The notes below the pieces were generated by a model. The model did not search any database. It was not told the DNA's origin and worked only from the letters and a program-made list of their open reading frames with translations. This document shows, piece after piece, positions 1-10,214 of a stretch of 64,000 nt of DNA. Source of the DNA: Patescibacteria group bacterium (GTDB taxonomy: Bacteria > Patescibacteriota > Minisyncoccia > Minisyncoccales > JANBVM01). A program made the translations under genes and the position numbers. The DNA is taken from NCBI GenBank assembly GCA_024238995.1, contig JANBVL010000003.1, positions 6,098 through 70,097 of the forward strand, read 5' to 3'. How positions within the stretch are numbered: position 1 is the first letter of the stretch; the number at the start of each line of letters is the position of its first letter.

Positions 1-1736
1 AAGTCAGAAAGCCTGACAATTACGTCTTTAGGATAAAATGCAGCTGCAATTTGAGAAATGCCTTCAGCCAATTCATCAATAAAATATTGTTTTTTGTCTT
101 TGTAACCAATAGTTAATTCTTGAATTTGGGATTTTAATTTCTTATCTTTTAAGTTATTAAAGTGATAAAGGGCCAAAGGATGGATCCTTATCTTCTCAGC
201 AATTATGAATTCCTGCCTTGCCAAACCCACTCCGTCAACGGGCAAAAATGATTTTTTAAAAGCAATTTCAGGCACCCCTAGATTCAAACTAATACTAACT
301 GGCAACTTAGGAATCTTTTTTAAATTATATCTTTTAACTTTAAAAGGGACTATTCCTTCAAAAACTCTTGCTTTTGTACAGTCAACAGTAATATTTTGTC
401 CTGTTTTTAAAATCTTGGTTGCTTTTTTTGTTCCAACAATGCAGGGAATACCTAATTCTCTTGAAATAATAGCAGCGTGAGCCGTTTTCCCTCCTTCATC
501 AGTAATAATTGCTGACGCTAATCTCATTATTGGCACCCAATCAGGATCAGTCATTTTTGTTACCAATACTTCACCTTTTTTAAATTGATTTATTTTAGCC
601 ACATCAGAAATAACTCTTACTTTACCTTGACCAACCTTATCACCAATACCAATACCTGTTAAAACAGGCTTTTTATTAATCTTAATCTCATATTCTTCAT
701 AAATGTTTTTAGCTTGGGGACTATGAACTGTTTCTGGCCTGGACTGAACAATAAATAACTTGTTTGATTTGCCGTCCTTTGCCCATTCAATATCCTGGGG
801 AAAATCATAGTGCTTTTCAATTTTTAAAGCCCAATCAGTTAAAGTTAAGATTTCTTTTTCACTTAAAGAGAATTCCTGCTGCTGTTTTTTGTCAACAGTT
901 TTTTCTTTTAATCCCCCTTTTTCATTGTAAACATACTTTTTAGTTTTTCTTCCCAGGTCTTTGACAATTATTGACTTGTAGCCTTTTTCAAAAGTAGGCT
1001 TGAAAACATAAAACTCATCAGGAGTTATTTTTCCCTTAACAATTAGTTCTCCTATCCCAAAAATAGAATTAATTAAAACAACATCCTTAAACCCGCTTTC
1101 AGTATCAATAGTAAACATTACGCCAGACGAACCCAAGTCAGACCTTACCATTTTCTGAACTCCAATTGAGATTGCTATCTTCAAATGGTCAAATCCTTTC
1201 TCCTCCCTGTAAGAAATGCCCCTGTCAGTAAACAAAGAAGCCATGGATTTTTTAATGGCTCTTAAGAGCTGTTTCTCACCTTTAATATTTAAATAAGTTT
1301 CCATCTGGCCAGCAAAACTAGCTGTTTTTAAATCTTCAGCAGTAGCTGATGAACGAACTGCAACATCAGTTTGAGCATCATCGTATTTCTCTGATAATTT
1401 TTTGTAATTTCTAATAATTTCTTTTTGCAAGTCTTGAGGAAACTTACCTTTTAAAATCAATTCTCTAGCTGATTTTCCTGTTTTTTTCAAACTGGCTATG
1501 CTCTTGGGATTAAAACTTTGAAAAATCTTTTTTAATTCTTTATCAACAACATTGCTTTTCAAAAAATATCGATAAGCACTTGAGGTTGTAGCAAAACCAT
1601 TTGGAATATTAATTCCTTTTTTTGTTAATTTAGAAAACATCTCGCCCAAAGATGCATTTTTACCCCCAACCAGTTTGCCTTGATTCTTTGAAATATCTTT
1701 AAACCAAACAATATATTTTTTTGATTTTGGACTCAT
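1..1736 (-). CDS. ppsA: phosphoenolpyruvate synthase (pyruvate, water dikinase), first ~578 codons; 3' end lies beyond the window edge
   Basis: Absent from the ORF track because it runs off the window. Hand translation from ATG (1736-1734) gives MSPKSKKYIVWFKDISKNQGKLVGGKNASLGEMF... The phospho-His swivel motif GGKTAHAAIISRELGIPCIVGT is read at ~420-485. Confidence 0.85.
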   Translation of the reverse strand, partial: MSPKSKKYIVWFKDISKNQGKLVGGKNASLGEMFSKLTKKGINIPNGFATTSSAYRYFLKSNVVDKELKKIFQSFNPKSIASLKKTGKSARELILKGKFPQDLQKEIIRNYKKLSEKYDDAQTDVAVRSSATAEDLKTASFAGQMETYLNIKGEKQLLRAIKKSMASLFTDRGISYREEKGFDHLKIAISIGVQKMVRSDLGSSGVMFTIDTESGFKDVVLINSIFGIGELIVKGKITPDEFYVFKPTFEKGYKSIIVKDLGRKTKKYVYNEKGGLKEKTVDKKQQQEFSLSEKEILTLTDWALKIEKHYDFPQDIEWAKDGKSNKLFIVQSRPETVHSPQAKNIYEEYEIKINKKPVLTGIGIGDKVGQGKVRVISDVAKINQFKKGEVLVTKMTDPDWVPIMRLASAIITDEGGKTAHAAIISRELGIPCIVGTKKATKILKTGQNITVDCTKARVFEGIVPFKVKRYNLKKIPKLPVSISLNLGVPEIAFKKSFLPVDGVGLARQEFIIAEKIRIHPLALYHFNNLKDKKLKSQIQELTIGYKDKKQYFIDELAEGISQIAAAFYPKDVIVRLSD

Positions 1737-1738
1737 AA

Positions 1739-3658
1739 TTATTCTTTAATGGTTTGTTTAATCTGCTTTACGCTTTCTGGGTTAGCTAAGGTTGAAAGAT
1801 CGCCTAATGGTTCTTTTGTAAATAATCTTTTCAAAATCCTTCTCATTATTTTGCCTGATCTTGTCTTGGGCAAGTCATCAACTAAATAAATCTTTTTAGG
1901 CAGAGCAATCGGCCCAATCTTTTCCCTGATTTCTAAAATTAACTCTTTTTCTAATTTTAATGCAGGAACCTTGCTTTTAGGAACAATGAATGCGACTGGC
2001 ACTTCTCCTTTTATTTTATCAGGTATGCCAACAATAGCGCACTCTGCAACATAAGCATGTTTTGAAAGGACATTTTCAAGCTCTCCTGTCGTAACTCTGT
2101 GGCCAGCCACTTTAATTACGTCATCAACTCTTCCAACAATCCTGATTAACCCATTTTTATCCCTGTAGGCTGCATCTGAGGTAAAATATATCTTGTCCCC
2201 ATAATCATTCCAATAAGTCTTTTTGTATTTTTTGGGATTTTTATAAACCATTCTCAATAGGCTTGGAGCAAAAGGAGACAGAAGAACTAAATTTCCTTTC
2301 TGATTTACTTTAACGGGTTTTCCTTTATCGTCTAAAATATCAAATCTAAATCCTGGGAAAGGAAGTCCTGTGTAGGCTGGTTTAAAAGGACCGATTCCAG
2401 GCAAAGATGTAATTAAAATTCCTCCTGTTTCTGTCTGCCACCAGGTATCAACTAAAGGACACTTTTCCCTCCCAACATTTCTAAAAAACCAATTCCAGGA
2501 ATGTTCATCAATTGGCTCACCCACTGAACCTAATAATCTCAAGGTTTTAAATTTAGTTCTGGAAAGCTTATCACACTGTTTTTTAAACATCCTTATAGCA
2601 GTTGGGGCAGTATAAAATATTGTTACTCCATGCTCTTCAATAATGTCTGCCCATCTATCAGGTTCTGGCCAGTTAGGCGCACCTTCAAACATTAAAAAAG
2701 TAGCGCCGTTTAACAAGGGCGAATAAACAGTATAAGTATGGCCTGTTATCCAGCCAACATCAGCTGTTGACCAGAAAATATCTTTATCATGCAAATCAAA
2801 AATCCACTTACCTGTAAAATAGGCTTGCACTGTATAGCCACCGCAAACATGGATACAGCCTTTAGGACGGCCAGTTGAGCCTGAAGTATAAAGTATGAAC
2901 TGGGTATCTTCACTGTTCATTTTTTCCGGCTCGCATTCATCTTTTTCATTTTCAATCAATTCATGCCACCACAAATCCCTGTTTTTTTTCATTATCACTT
3001 TATTATTGGCACGCTTAACAACAATAACTTTTTTAACCTTGCTTCCTTTTAAAGCCTTGTCAGCATTTTTCTTTAAATCAATGGCTTTTCCTTTTCTAAA
3101 ATACCCATCTGATGTTATTAAAACCTTGGCTTCAGTGTCTAATAATCTAATATTTAAGGCAGTTGAAGAAAAAGCAGAGAATACCACAGCATGAACTGCT
3201 CCAATTCTCGCACATGCCAGCATCGCAATTACAACCTCAGGAATCATTGGAAGATATATTCCAACCCTATCTCCTTTTTCAACTCCTAACCTCTTCAAAG
3301 CATTAGCGCACTTATTAACTTCTTTATACAGCTCGTAATAAGTTAAAAACCTTGTTTTCTCTTTTATTGGTTCTGGTTCCCAAATCAAAGCAACCTTGTT
3401 CTTCCTTTCTTCAAGGTTTTCATCCAAAGCATTATAAGTGATATTAAGCTTTCCTTTTTCAAACCATTTGAAATATGGCGGGTAGTGAGAAAATGTTTTT
3501 TTAGGCTTTTTAAACCAGTGGATTTCTTTTGCTAAATCCTCCCAGAATTTAACTGGATCTTTATTAGCTTTTTCATAAATAGACTCATCATTAATCCAGG
3601 CCTTTTCTTTAAAAGTCTTGCCAGGATAATACAGCTTGCCTTTTTTAATCATATACAT
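1739..3658 (-). CDS. acs: acetyl-CoA synthetase (AMP-forming)
   Basis: 639 aa with AMP-binding signature [11 protein letters not shown] and C-terminal [11 protein letters not shown]. The functional start may be the third codon (ATG at 3652-3650). Confidence 0.9.
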   Translation of the reverse strand: MYMIKKGKLYYPGKTFKEKAWINDESIYEKANKDPVKFWEDLAKEIHWFKKPKKTFSHYPPYFKWFEKGKLNITYNALDENLEERKNKVALIWEPEPIKEKTRFLTYYELYKEVNKCANALKRLGVEKGDRVGIYLPMIPEVVIAMLACARIGAVHAVVFSAFSSTALNIRLLDTEAKVLITSDGYFRKGKAIDLKKNADKALKGSKVKKVIVVKRANNKVIMKKNRDLWWHELIENEKDECEPEKMNSEDTQFILYTSGSTGRPKGCIHVCGGYTVQAYFTGKWIFDLHDKDIFWSTADVGWITGHTYTVYSPLLNGATFLMFEGAPNWPEPDRWADIIEEHGVTIFYTAPTAIRMFKKQCDKLSRTKFKTLRLLGSVGEPIDEHSWNWFFRNVGREKCPLVDTWWQTETGGILITSLPGIGPFKPAYTGLPFPGFRFDILDDKGKPVKVNQKGNLVLLSPFAPSLLRMVYKNPKKYKKTYWNDYGDKIYFTSDAAYRDKNGLIRIVGRVDDVIKVAGHRVTTGELENVLSKHAYVAECAIVGIPDKIKGEVPVAFIVPKSKVPALKLEKELILEIREKIGPIALPKKIYLVDDLPKTRSGKIMRRILKRLFTKEPLGDLSTLANPESVKQIKQTIKE

Positions 3659-3668
3659 TTATTCTACC

Positions 3669-3688
3669 AAAAAACCGCGCTTTGCACG
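3669..3688 (-). terminator. weak intrinsic terminator after the coiled-coil gene
   Basis: The minus-strand RNA reads CGUGC-AAA-GCGCG followed by GUUUUUUGG. The stem is short (5 bp) and the loop is 3 nt. Confidence 0.3.
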
Positions 3689-3711
3689 ATTTTAAAATTA
3701 CCAGATTAAAA

Positions 3712-4050
3712 TTAACTTATTTTCTTTTCTAAAAATATCACTCTTTTTTCTAGATTTTCAAACTCATCTTGATCCACTTTTCGCTTAAGTCCTTGTTTTA
3801 TAAATTGAACATCTGATTTAATAATTTCAATATTCTCAGCATTCTTAGCCACCATCACGTGTAAGTTTTTCATACTTTCGGAGTTTTTAGCAACTATATT
3901 GCGTAAAACAACTAATTGCTCTTGAACGCCTAAAACAGATTCTGCTATCAGTTTATTTTGAGATTCTAATCGTTCAGCAACAACTCCAAAATAATTTTCA
4001 TATTGTTTTCTCTGCTCCTCCAAAATTATTTTTAGTTTCTGTTCATCCAT
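3712..4050 (-). CDS. hypothetical coiled-coil protein (112 aa)
   Basis: The ORF-track version (to 4137) overlaps gap by 68 nt. The internal ATG at 4050 (MDEQKLKIILEEQRKQ...) removes the overlap. Heptad-rich sequence with no recognisable catalytic motif. Confidence 0.5.
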   Translation of the reverse strand: MDEQKLKIILEEQRKQYENYFGVVAERLESQNKLIAESVLGVQEQLVVLRNIVAKNSESMKNLHVMVAKNAENIEIIKSDVQFIKQGLKRKVDQDEFENLEKRVIFLEKKIS

Positions 4051-4069
4051 ACGCTTAATATTAATATTA

Positions 4070-5092
4070 TTATAATTTCTTTCCAATAAACTCAGCAAAT
4101 TCAGCCAACCTGCAGGCATAACCATATTCATTATCATACCAGGCAGTAATTTTAACTAAATTATCTTTTACTTTTGTCAAAGGCGAATCAATAATTGCTG
4201 AAAAAGAATTGCCAATATAGTCTGTTGAAACTAAAGGAGCGTCTTCAACTCCTAAAATCCCCTTAAATTTTATATTTTGAGATGCTTTTTTAAAAATATA
4301 ATTCACGTCTTGAGAAGTTGTTTTTTTCTCAACCTCACAAACTAAATCCAACAAAGAAACAATTGGCACTGGAATCCTGAAAGCCAAACCATCAAGTTTT
4401 CCATTAATCTCTGGGATAACATAGCCTATTGCCTCACTTGCTCCGGTTGTTGTTGGAACAATGTTTAAAGCTGCTGCCCTTGCCCTTCTTAAATCCTTAT
4501 GAGGAAAGTCTAAAATTCTCTGGCTTGTTGTATATGAATGGATTGTAGTCATAAATCCCTTAATAATCTTAAAATTATCATTTAAAACCTTAACAATTGG
4601 AGCCAAGCAATTGGTAGTACAAGATGCCATGTCAACAATATCATGTTTTTTAGAATCATATTTTTCTTCATTGACGCCCAAAACAAAACAAGGTATTTTT
4701 TCTTTGTCTTTTGATGAAGCTGAGATAACAACCTTTTTGGCGCCAGCTTTTAAGTGTTTTTTAGCGCCGTCATAATCCCTAAAAACACCAGTGCACTCTA
4801 AAACAACGTCAATGCCTAATTCTTTCCAAGGAAACTTAGAAGGATCTTTTTCATTAAGAACCTTTATCTTCATTCCTTTATTTGTTCCATCAACTAAAAT
4901 AGAATGATCAACTGCTTTAATTGTTTTTTTATAAATCCCGTAAATACTATCATATCTTAAAAGATGAGCTAAAGTCTTGGCGTCAGTTAAATCATTTACA
5001 GCCACCAACTCTAAATCAGAACGGTTTTCTAAAATCTTTTTAAAAACAGCTCTGCCAATTCTTCCTAAGCCATTGATAGCAACTTTAATCAT
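4070..5092 (-). CDS. gap: glyceraldehyde-3-phosphate dehydrogenase, type I
   Basis: 340 aa with N-terminal INGLGRIGR Rossmann motif and catalytic ASCTTNCLAP. Confidence 0.92.
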   Translation of the reverse strand: MIKVAINGLGRIGRAVFKKILENRSDLELVAVNDLTDAKTLAHLLRYDSIYGIYKKTIKAVDHSILVDGTNKGMKIKVLNEKDPSKFPWKELGIDVVLECTGVFRDYDGAKKHLKAGAKKVVISASSKDKEKIPCFVLGVNEEKYDSKKHDIVDMASCTTNCLAPIVKVLNDNFKIIKGFMTTIHSYTTSQRILDFPHKDLRRARAAALNIVPTTTGASEAIGYVIPEINGKLDGLAFRIPVPIVSLLDLVCEVEKKTTSQDVNYIFKKASQNIKFKGILGVEDAPLVSTDYIGNSFSAIIDSPLTKVKDNLVKITAWYDNEYGYACRLAEFAEFIGKKL

Positions 5093-5109
5093 AAATGTTT
5101 TAAAAAAAA

Positions 5110-5349
5110 TTACTCTTTAATTCCTAAAAGTTCTGAGATTTTTTTCTTATCAAATCCAATTACAAACTGGCCACCAATTTCTATTACAGGTACTCCCATT
5201 TGTTTTGTTTTCTCAACCATTTCTTTTCTTGCTTCTTCATTTTCAGAAACATCTAAATCTTCAAACTCAATTTTATTATCATTTAAAAACTGCTTTAAAA
5301 CAATACAATAAGGACAAACTTTAGTGGAAAAAACCCTTGTTTTAGACAT
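5110..5349 (-). CDS. glutaredoxin-like small redox protein (NrdH/YruB-like)
   Basis: 79 aa with a CPYC active-site motif near the N-terminus and a GVPVIEIGG motif. Confidence 0.75.
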   Translation of the reverse strand: MSKTRVFSTKVCPYCIVLKQFLNDNKIEFEDLDVSENEEARKEMVEKTKQMGVPVIEIGGQFVIGFDKKKISELLGIKE

Positions 5350-5373
5350 TTTATGCTTCTAATTTTTTAATTA

Positions 5374-6345
5374 TTATAAACTACAGCTTTGACCATTAGA
5401 AGTGCCGCCTACTTCTAAACCAAATCCAGAAGAATAAACTGTGCTGGAAAGAATCTGAGAGCACTCTTCTGGTATCTGGGAAAACGCATTACAAACAACC
5501 TGCTTAAATGCTTCTGGTGAACGTGAACTTAAACTGACAATTTGATCATTTACAATAATTGTGGGTGATCCTTGCACCCCATAAGACTGATTCAAGGCGC
5601 TGTGTAGATCAAACTTAGGAAACTGTCCATCAATCCAAGTATCTTCGTCCTGATACTGAGAATAAATACTAAATTCCTCATCTATAGTATCAATACAGCT
5701 CAAAAGACTATCCTCATTAATTCCTGCTTCTGAAAGACAAGTTTGAGAATCATCATCTTTTACAAAACATGATAAATACTCACTATACTTTTCTCTTTGG
5801 TCTTTCTGAATGCAGTACTGAGTCAAGTTCTCGTCTATTTCCTTTTTGCCATGCATTATATAATCTACAAAATAAACACCCATTTCTGCTTTATTTTTTA
5901 ATAAATCATAAACTGGTAAAAACGCTTTCTGGGTCTGAAGACCATAAGGACAATAACTCATTACAAAAAGTTTAACATCTGGCATTTCTCGTTTTGAGGT
6001 CTCCTGCTGGATTTGTCCTTCATCTCCAGCATTAAAGTCCAACTCATAACCATCAGGGAATAAGTATTTTCCATCTTTGCTGACATAAGACTGATATTCA
6101 GTTCCTTGGACATCCAAGCGAATCTTATAAACATCACCTTCTTCAGTAATGTCAATCAAAGACGCAGTAATACCTTCGGGCAATATATTTGTATTAACAA
6201 AGCTTAATGCTTTTTCGCTTATCTCTTCTGGAGACAAATGTTTTTGATTAAATACATCCTGATTTAGATATAAAAATACTCCTAAAACTGAAAGTATAAT
6301 AATTGGGATCAAGAAAATTGATAAGTCTTTGAGATTTTGGTTCAT
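5374..6345 (-). CDS. membrane-anchored, Cys-rich thioredoxin-fold-like protein
   Basis: 323 aa with an N-terminal TM helix (LSIFLIPIIILSVLGVFLYL). It has FVMSYCPYGLQ (CPYG, a monothiol variant of CxxC) and GSPTIIVND (a cis-Pro-loop-like motif), plus many additional Cys. Confidence 0.45.
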   Translation of the reverse strand: MNQNLKDLSIFLIPIIILSVLGVFLYLNQDVFNQKHLSPEEISEKALSFVNTNILPEGITASLIDITEEGDVYKIRLDVQGTEYQSYVSKDGKYLFPDGYELDFNAGDEGQIQQETSKREMPDVKLFVMSYCPYGLQTQKAFLPVYDLLKNKAEMGVYFVDYIMHGKKEIDENLTQYCIQKDQREKYSEYLSCFVKDDDSQTCLSEAGINEDSLLSCIDTIDEEFSIYSQYQDEDTWIDGQFPKFDLHSALNQSYGVQGSPTIIVNDQIVSLSSRSPEAFKQVVCNAFSQIPEECSQILSSTVYSSGFGLEVGGTSNGQSCSL

Positions 6346-6451
6346 GAATTCTTTTATTGTTTTAATATATAATTTAAATTATCACACCTTTAATTCTTTG
6401 TAAAATATATCTTACTATAACCATAACGGCTTTACAAACTATCCATATAAG

Positions 6452-6658
6452 TTATTTTTTCTTGGAATTTTTGTTTAAGGCAGCAAGCAGTTTATCAGCA
6501 TCAATCCCATACATTTTGCAAATATCCCCTATTTTTAATTCCTCCATTTCCATATCTGCTAAAGGGCAAGTTAAACAAGGCAAATTATATTTTACTAGAA
6601 TTTTTTCATTATCAGGATTTTTTAAAATCTTAAATAAAGTTGTATCTTTGTTAAACAT
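6452..6658 (-). CDS. DUF1858 / hybrid-cluster-protein-associated redox disulfide domain protein
   Basis: 68 aa. LPCLTCPLA (CxxC) followed by MYGIDADKLLAALN matches the remembered signature of this small domain. Confidence 0.6.
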   Translation of the reverse strand: MFNKDTTLFKILKNPDNEKILVKYNLPCLTCPLADMEMEELKIGDICKMYGIDADKLLAALNKNSKKK

Positions 6659-6665
6659 TAAACTA

Positions 6666-7424
6666 TTACATTGCTAAATACCCGCCATCAACAACTATTA
6701 TAGAGCCCGTCATATAAGAAGACTTGTCAGAAGCTAAAAACACAACTGCATTTGAAACTTCTTCTGGCTTTCCCATTCTGTGCATTGGGATCCTGGCTAA
6801 AGACTGTTCTAGAGTCTTTGGGTCTTGTTTTATCGCATCTACCATTGGAGTATCTATTGCTCCTGGTGCAATAGCATTAACTCTAATATTCAATGGTGTC
6901 AGTTCCAAAGACATTGCTTCTGTCATTGCAGTAATGCCTCCTTTTGAAGCGCAATAATGAACAATTTGAGCATAACCAACTCCAACCTGACCCATGGCAA
7001 TAGAGCTAATATTAATAATTGAGCCTGATTTTTGTTTTGCCATTTCTTTTGCACAAGCCTGAGCACATAAAAAATATCCTCTTAAATTAACTGCCATCGT
7101 TTTATCCCAATCCTGTTCAGTTAATTCTAAAAACGGCTTGAATTGTAAAATCCCAGCATTATTTACTAAAATATCTATTTTGCCAAACTCATCTAAAGTC
7201 TTTTTCACCATTCCATCAATTTCCTTTTTGCTTATAACATCACATTTCACTGCTACTGCCTGACCTCCTGAAGATTTAATTTCATCAGCCACTTTCTGAC
7301 AATCTTCTAATGATATGTCAGAAACAACTACTTTAGCGCCTTCTTTTGCCAAAGCCAAGGCATGAGTTCTTCCCATTCCTCTTCTTGCTCCTGTAACAAT
7401 TGCTATTTTATCTTTTAATTGCAT
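6666..7424 (-). CDS. short-chain dehydrogenase/reductase (FabG-like)
   Basis: 252 aa with TGARRGMG cofactor motif, NNAG, and catalytic YCASKGG (YxxxK). Confidence 0.85.
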   Translation of the reverse strand: MQLKDKIAIVTGARRGMGRTHALALAKEGAKVVVSDISLEDCQKVADEIKSSGGQAVAVKCDVISKKEIDGMVKKTLDEFGKIDILVNNAGILQFKPFLELTEQDWDKTMAVNLRGYFLCAQACAKEMAKQKSGSIINISSIAMGQVGVGYAQIVHYCASKGGITAMTEAMSLELTPLNIRVNAIAPGAIDTPMVDAIKQDPKTLEQSLARIPMHRMGKPEEVSNAVVFLASDKSSYMTGSIIVVDGGYLAM

Positions 7425-7492
7425 ATTTATTTATTAATTAAATTATTAAATCAACCTTTGAAAATTATTAATAGTATTTCATTAATTATATC

Positions 7493-8653
7493 TTATTTTA
7501 AAATTGTTAAAAGCTTCGTCGATTCAAGAGCTTTCTCAATCAATTCTTCAACATCAAGCTTTTTTTCTTCTGATTTTACCTGTTTTAAATCAGCTTTTGT
7601 CTCAACGCGGGCTGGTAAAAACCTGGCGCAGCAGTCTTGATGAGGAAGAATTGAAACATCAAAGGTGTCAATTTTCTTTGCTAAATCAATTATTTCTTCC
7701 TTATCAAATCCAATCAAAGGTCTTAGAATGGGCATATTCACTGCTTCTGAAATCACAAATATATTTTCTAAAGTCTGGGAAGCAACTTGACCGATACTAT
7801 CACCAGTAACAAGCGCCAAAGCTTTTTCTTTTTTCGCAACAACTTCAGCAATTTTCATCATTAATCTGCGGTAAAAAATGACACGAAGCCTAGCTGATAC
7901 TTTTAAAAGAATCTGTTTTTGAACATCAGCAAAAGGTATTAAATAAAGTTTTGAATTGAATTGAAACTTATTAAGAATTTTAACAATTCTTTTAACCTTG
8001 TCGATTGAAGCTTCATCTGTATAAGGACGGGCATGGAAATGAACAAAAATAGCTTTTACCCCTCTTTTCATTGTCAAAAAGCCAGCAACAGGCGAATCAA
8101 TCCCTCCTGATAACAAAACTACTGCCTTGTTCCCAACACCAACAGGTAAGCCACCATAAGCACTAATTTTCTCTGTGTATAAAAATGCATGATTCCTGGT
8201 TATTTCAATAAATAAAGTTATGTCTGGATTCTCCAGCTTAACTTTCTTTTTTAAATTCTTAACAATAAAAGCACCAACAGTTTCACTGACTTTCGGAGAT
8301 TTTAGAGGAAAATCCTTGTCAGATCTTTGAGTTCGAATCCTAAAAGTTTTAAATTTTTCTTGCTCTAAAATTTCAAGAGCTTTTTTATTAATGATTTTGA
8401 TTTCTGGTTTAACATTACAAGCGAAAATAAAAAACACCATTCCAAAAACATTTTTCAAAGATTTTTTAATCTTGTCTTTTTGCTTTAAGCCTGTATCAGT
8501 TAATTTCACAATTATTCTTCCTGAGATTCTTTTTACAAACTCAAAACTATCTTTTGGTAAAGATTTTTTAATGTTTTCAACTAATTTTTCTTCAAAAAAC
8601 TTTCTATTTTTCCCTTTTAATCCTATTTCGTGATAATGACAAACTATATACAT
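7493..8653 (-). CDS. thiI: tRNA 4-thiouridine synthase ThiI
   Basis: 386 aa with a THUMP-like N-terminal half and PP-loop SGGIDSPVA. Confidence 0.85.
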   Translation of the reverse strand: MYIVCHYHEIGLKGKNRKFFEEKLVENIKKSLPKDSFEFVKRISGRIIVKLTDTGLKQKDKIKKSLKNVFGMVFFIFACNVKPEIKIINKKALEILEQEKFKTFRIRTQRSDKDFPLKSPKVSETVGAFIVKNLKKKVKLENPDITLFIEITRNHAFLYTEKISAYGGLPVGVGNKAVVLLSGGIDSPVAGFLTMKRGVKAIFVHFHARPYTDEASIDKVKRIVKILNKFQFNSKLYLIPFADVQKQILLKVSARLRVIFYRRLMMKIAEVVAKKEKALALVTGDSIGQVASQTLENIFVISEAVNMPILRPLIGFDKEEIIDLAKKIDTFDVSILPHQDCCARFLPARVETKADLKQVKSEEKKLDVEELIEKALESTKLLTILK

Positions 8654-8658
8654 TGTAT

Positions 8659-9723
8659 TTAAACAATTACTCCCCCACCAACTAACTTGTTTTTATCGTA
8701 AAGCACTGCTGATTGGCCAGGAGTAATCGCAATTTGTGGCTTTTTAAACTTTAACACATATTTTGTTTTTATTTTAGAAATAACAGCCTCCACTGATTTA
8801 TGCCCGTATCTTATCTTAACTTTTACTTTTAAAGGCAGGTTGGGTTTTTTAGAAGAAATCCAGCTTACATTTTTCAAACTTAGTTCTTTTTCATACAAAT
8901 CTTTTTTGTTTTTACTAATAATTAACCTGTTTTTCTTTTTATCTTTATCAACAACATAATATGGCCCGCCAGAAAGCTTAATTCCTTTTCTCTGGCCAAT
9001 TGTATAAAACCATAGCCCCTGATGTTCTCCTAAAACTTTACTATTTTTATCAACAATTTTCCCTGGTTTAATTTTAAGATATTTTCTTAAAAACTCATTG
9101 GTTGTTTTATCAATAAAGCAAACTTCCTGGGAATCTGGCAGGTCAGAAACAGGAAGCTTAAAATCTTTAGCCATTTTCCTAACTTCATTTTTTAAGTAAC
9201 CACCAACTGGAAATAAAATGTGTTTTAACTGATTTTGGCTTAATTTCCATAAAAAGTAAGATTGGTCTTTTTTCTTATCTTTTGCCTTTATTAGGGCTAG
9301 TTCACCGCTTTCTTTTTTAATCCGAGCATAATGGCCAGTAGCAATAAAATCAGCACCCAAGCTTTTCGCTTTTTTCAAAAGCAGTCCAAACTTAATCTTT
9401 TTATTACAAACAACACAGGGATTAGGAGTTAGGTTTTTTCCGCAATCAACTAAAAAAGGATCAACTATTTTACTTTTAAATTCTTTTTTAAAATCAATGA
9501 CATAAAAAGGAATCTTTAAAATGCTTGCCACTTTTCTTGCTCTTTTTTCTGATTCTTTAGAGCAGCACCTATTGTACTGTTTGTTTAAATCATCTCCTGC
9601 CCAGAATTTCATAAAAACACCAATTACATCAAAACTAGCTTCTTTTAACAAAGCTGTGGCAACTGATGAATCAACTCCGCCTGACATGGCAGATACAACT
9701 CTTAACGCTGGTTTTTGTTTCAT
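8659..9723 (-). CDS. mnmA: tRNA-specific 2-thiouridylase MnmA
   Basis: 354 aa with PP-loop SGGVDSSV, conserved CC and CVVCN cysteines, and ATGHYAR. Confidence 0.9.
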   Translation of the reverse strand: MKQKPALRVVSAMSGGVDSSVATALLKEASFDVIGVFMKFWAGDDLNKQYNRCCSKESEKRARKVASILKIPFYVIDFKKEFKSKIVDPFLVDCGKNLTPNPCVVCNKKIKFGLLLKKAKSLGADFIATGHYARIKKESGELALIKAKDKKKDQSYFLWKLSQNQLKHILFPVGGYLKNEVRKMAKDFKLPVSDLPDSQEVCFIDKTTNEFLRKYLKIKPGKIVDKNSKVLGEHQGLWFYTIGQRKGIKLSGGPYYVVDKDKKKNRLIISKNKKDLYEKELSLKNVSWISSKKPNLPLKVKVKIRYGHKSVEAVISKIKTKYVLKFKKPQIAITPGQSAVLYDKNKLVGGGVIV

Positions 9724-10214
9724 TTCTTTTTCAATAAATCTTTATACCTTTCCTCAATAACTTCTAATTCCTTTTTAATGATTTCATGATTTTTTTCAAG
9801 CTTTTTAGGTATGCTTTTTTTATTCTTTGTAAGGTAATCATAAATCGCTTCAGACAAAGCATCAATTGCCAAAAAAGAACAATGTATTTTTATTTGAGGC
9901 AAACCTCCTAAAGACTTAACAATATCATCTTTTTTAAGTTCAAGAGCTTTGTTTAAAGTTTTTCCTTTTGCCAAATCAGTAACAACACTGCTTGTAGCTA
10001 AAGCTGCCACACAACCAAATGTCTCAAACTTAATGTCTTTAATAATCTTTTCTTTCTTTTTATTCTCTCCAACTTTAATATATATATGCATCACATCTCC
10101 GCAGACCAGATTTCCGACCTTGCCTATTCCATCTGGATTTTTAATATTTCCCAAGTTATGCGGGTTTTTAAAATGCTCCATTACTTTTTTTGTATATATT
10201 TTATTTTGACTCAT
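9720..10214 (-). CDS. nifU: Fe-S cluster scaffold protein NifU/IscU-like
   Basis: 164 aa carrying the three scaffold Cys contexts LVCGDVM, FGCVAALA and IHCSFLA. Confidence 0.85.
   Translation of the reverse strand: MSQNKIYTKKVMEHFKNPHNLGNIKNPDGIGKVGNLVCGDVMHIYIKVGENKKKEKIIKDIKFETFGCVAALATSSVVTDLAKGKTLNKALELKKDDIVKSLGGLPQIKIHCSFLAIDALSEAIYDYLTKNKKSIPKKLEKNHEIIKKELEVIEERYKDLLKKK

Noticed and set aside
4051-4137. N-terminal extensions in the ORF track: 3712-4137, 15786-16760, the TTG starts at 11817, 42613 and 53961, and the 18177-18425 ORF.
   Set aside because: The extensions overlap upstream genes by 50-70 nt or begin at TTG. Internal ATGs give canonical family N-termini (MYDLIIIGGGPAG, MRISKKTQYGLRA, and so on). 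The ORF at 18177-18425 spans the ftsZ/ABC promoter region and overlaps the ABC gene start.
5961-6155. Same-strand alternative-frame ORFs inside larger genes (5961-6155, 20320-20502, 20573-20767, 27260-27499, 33953-34153, 48478-48687).
   Set aside because: They are embedded in longer ORFs that have coherent membrane or enzyme features. Nothing suggests overlapping coding.
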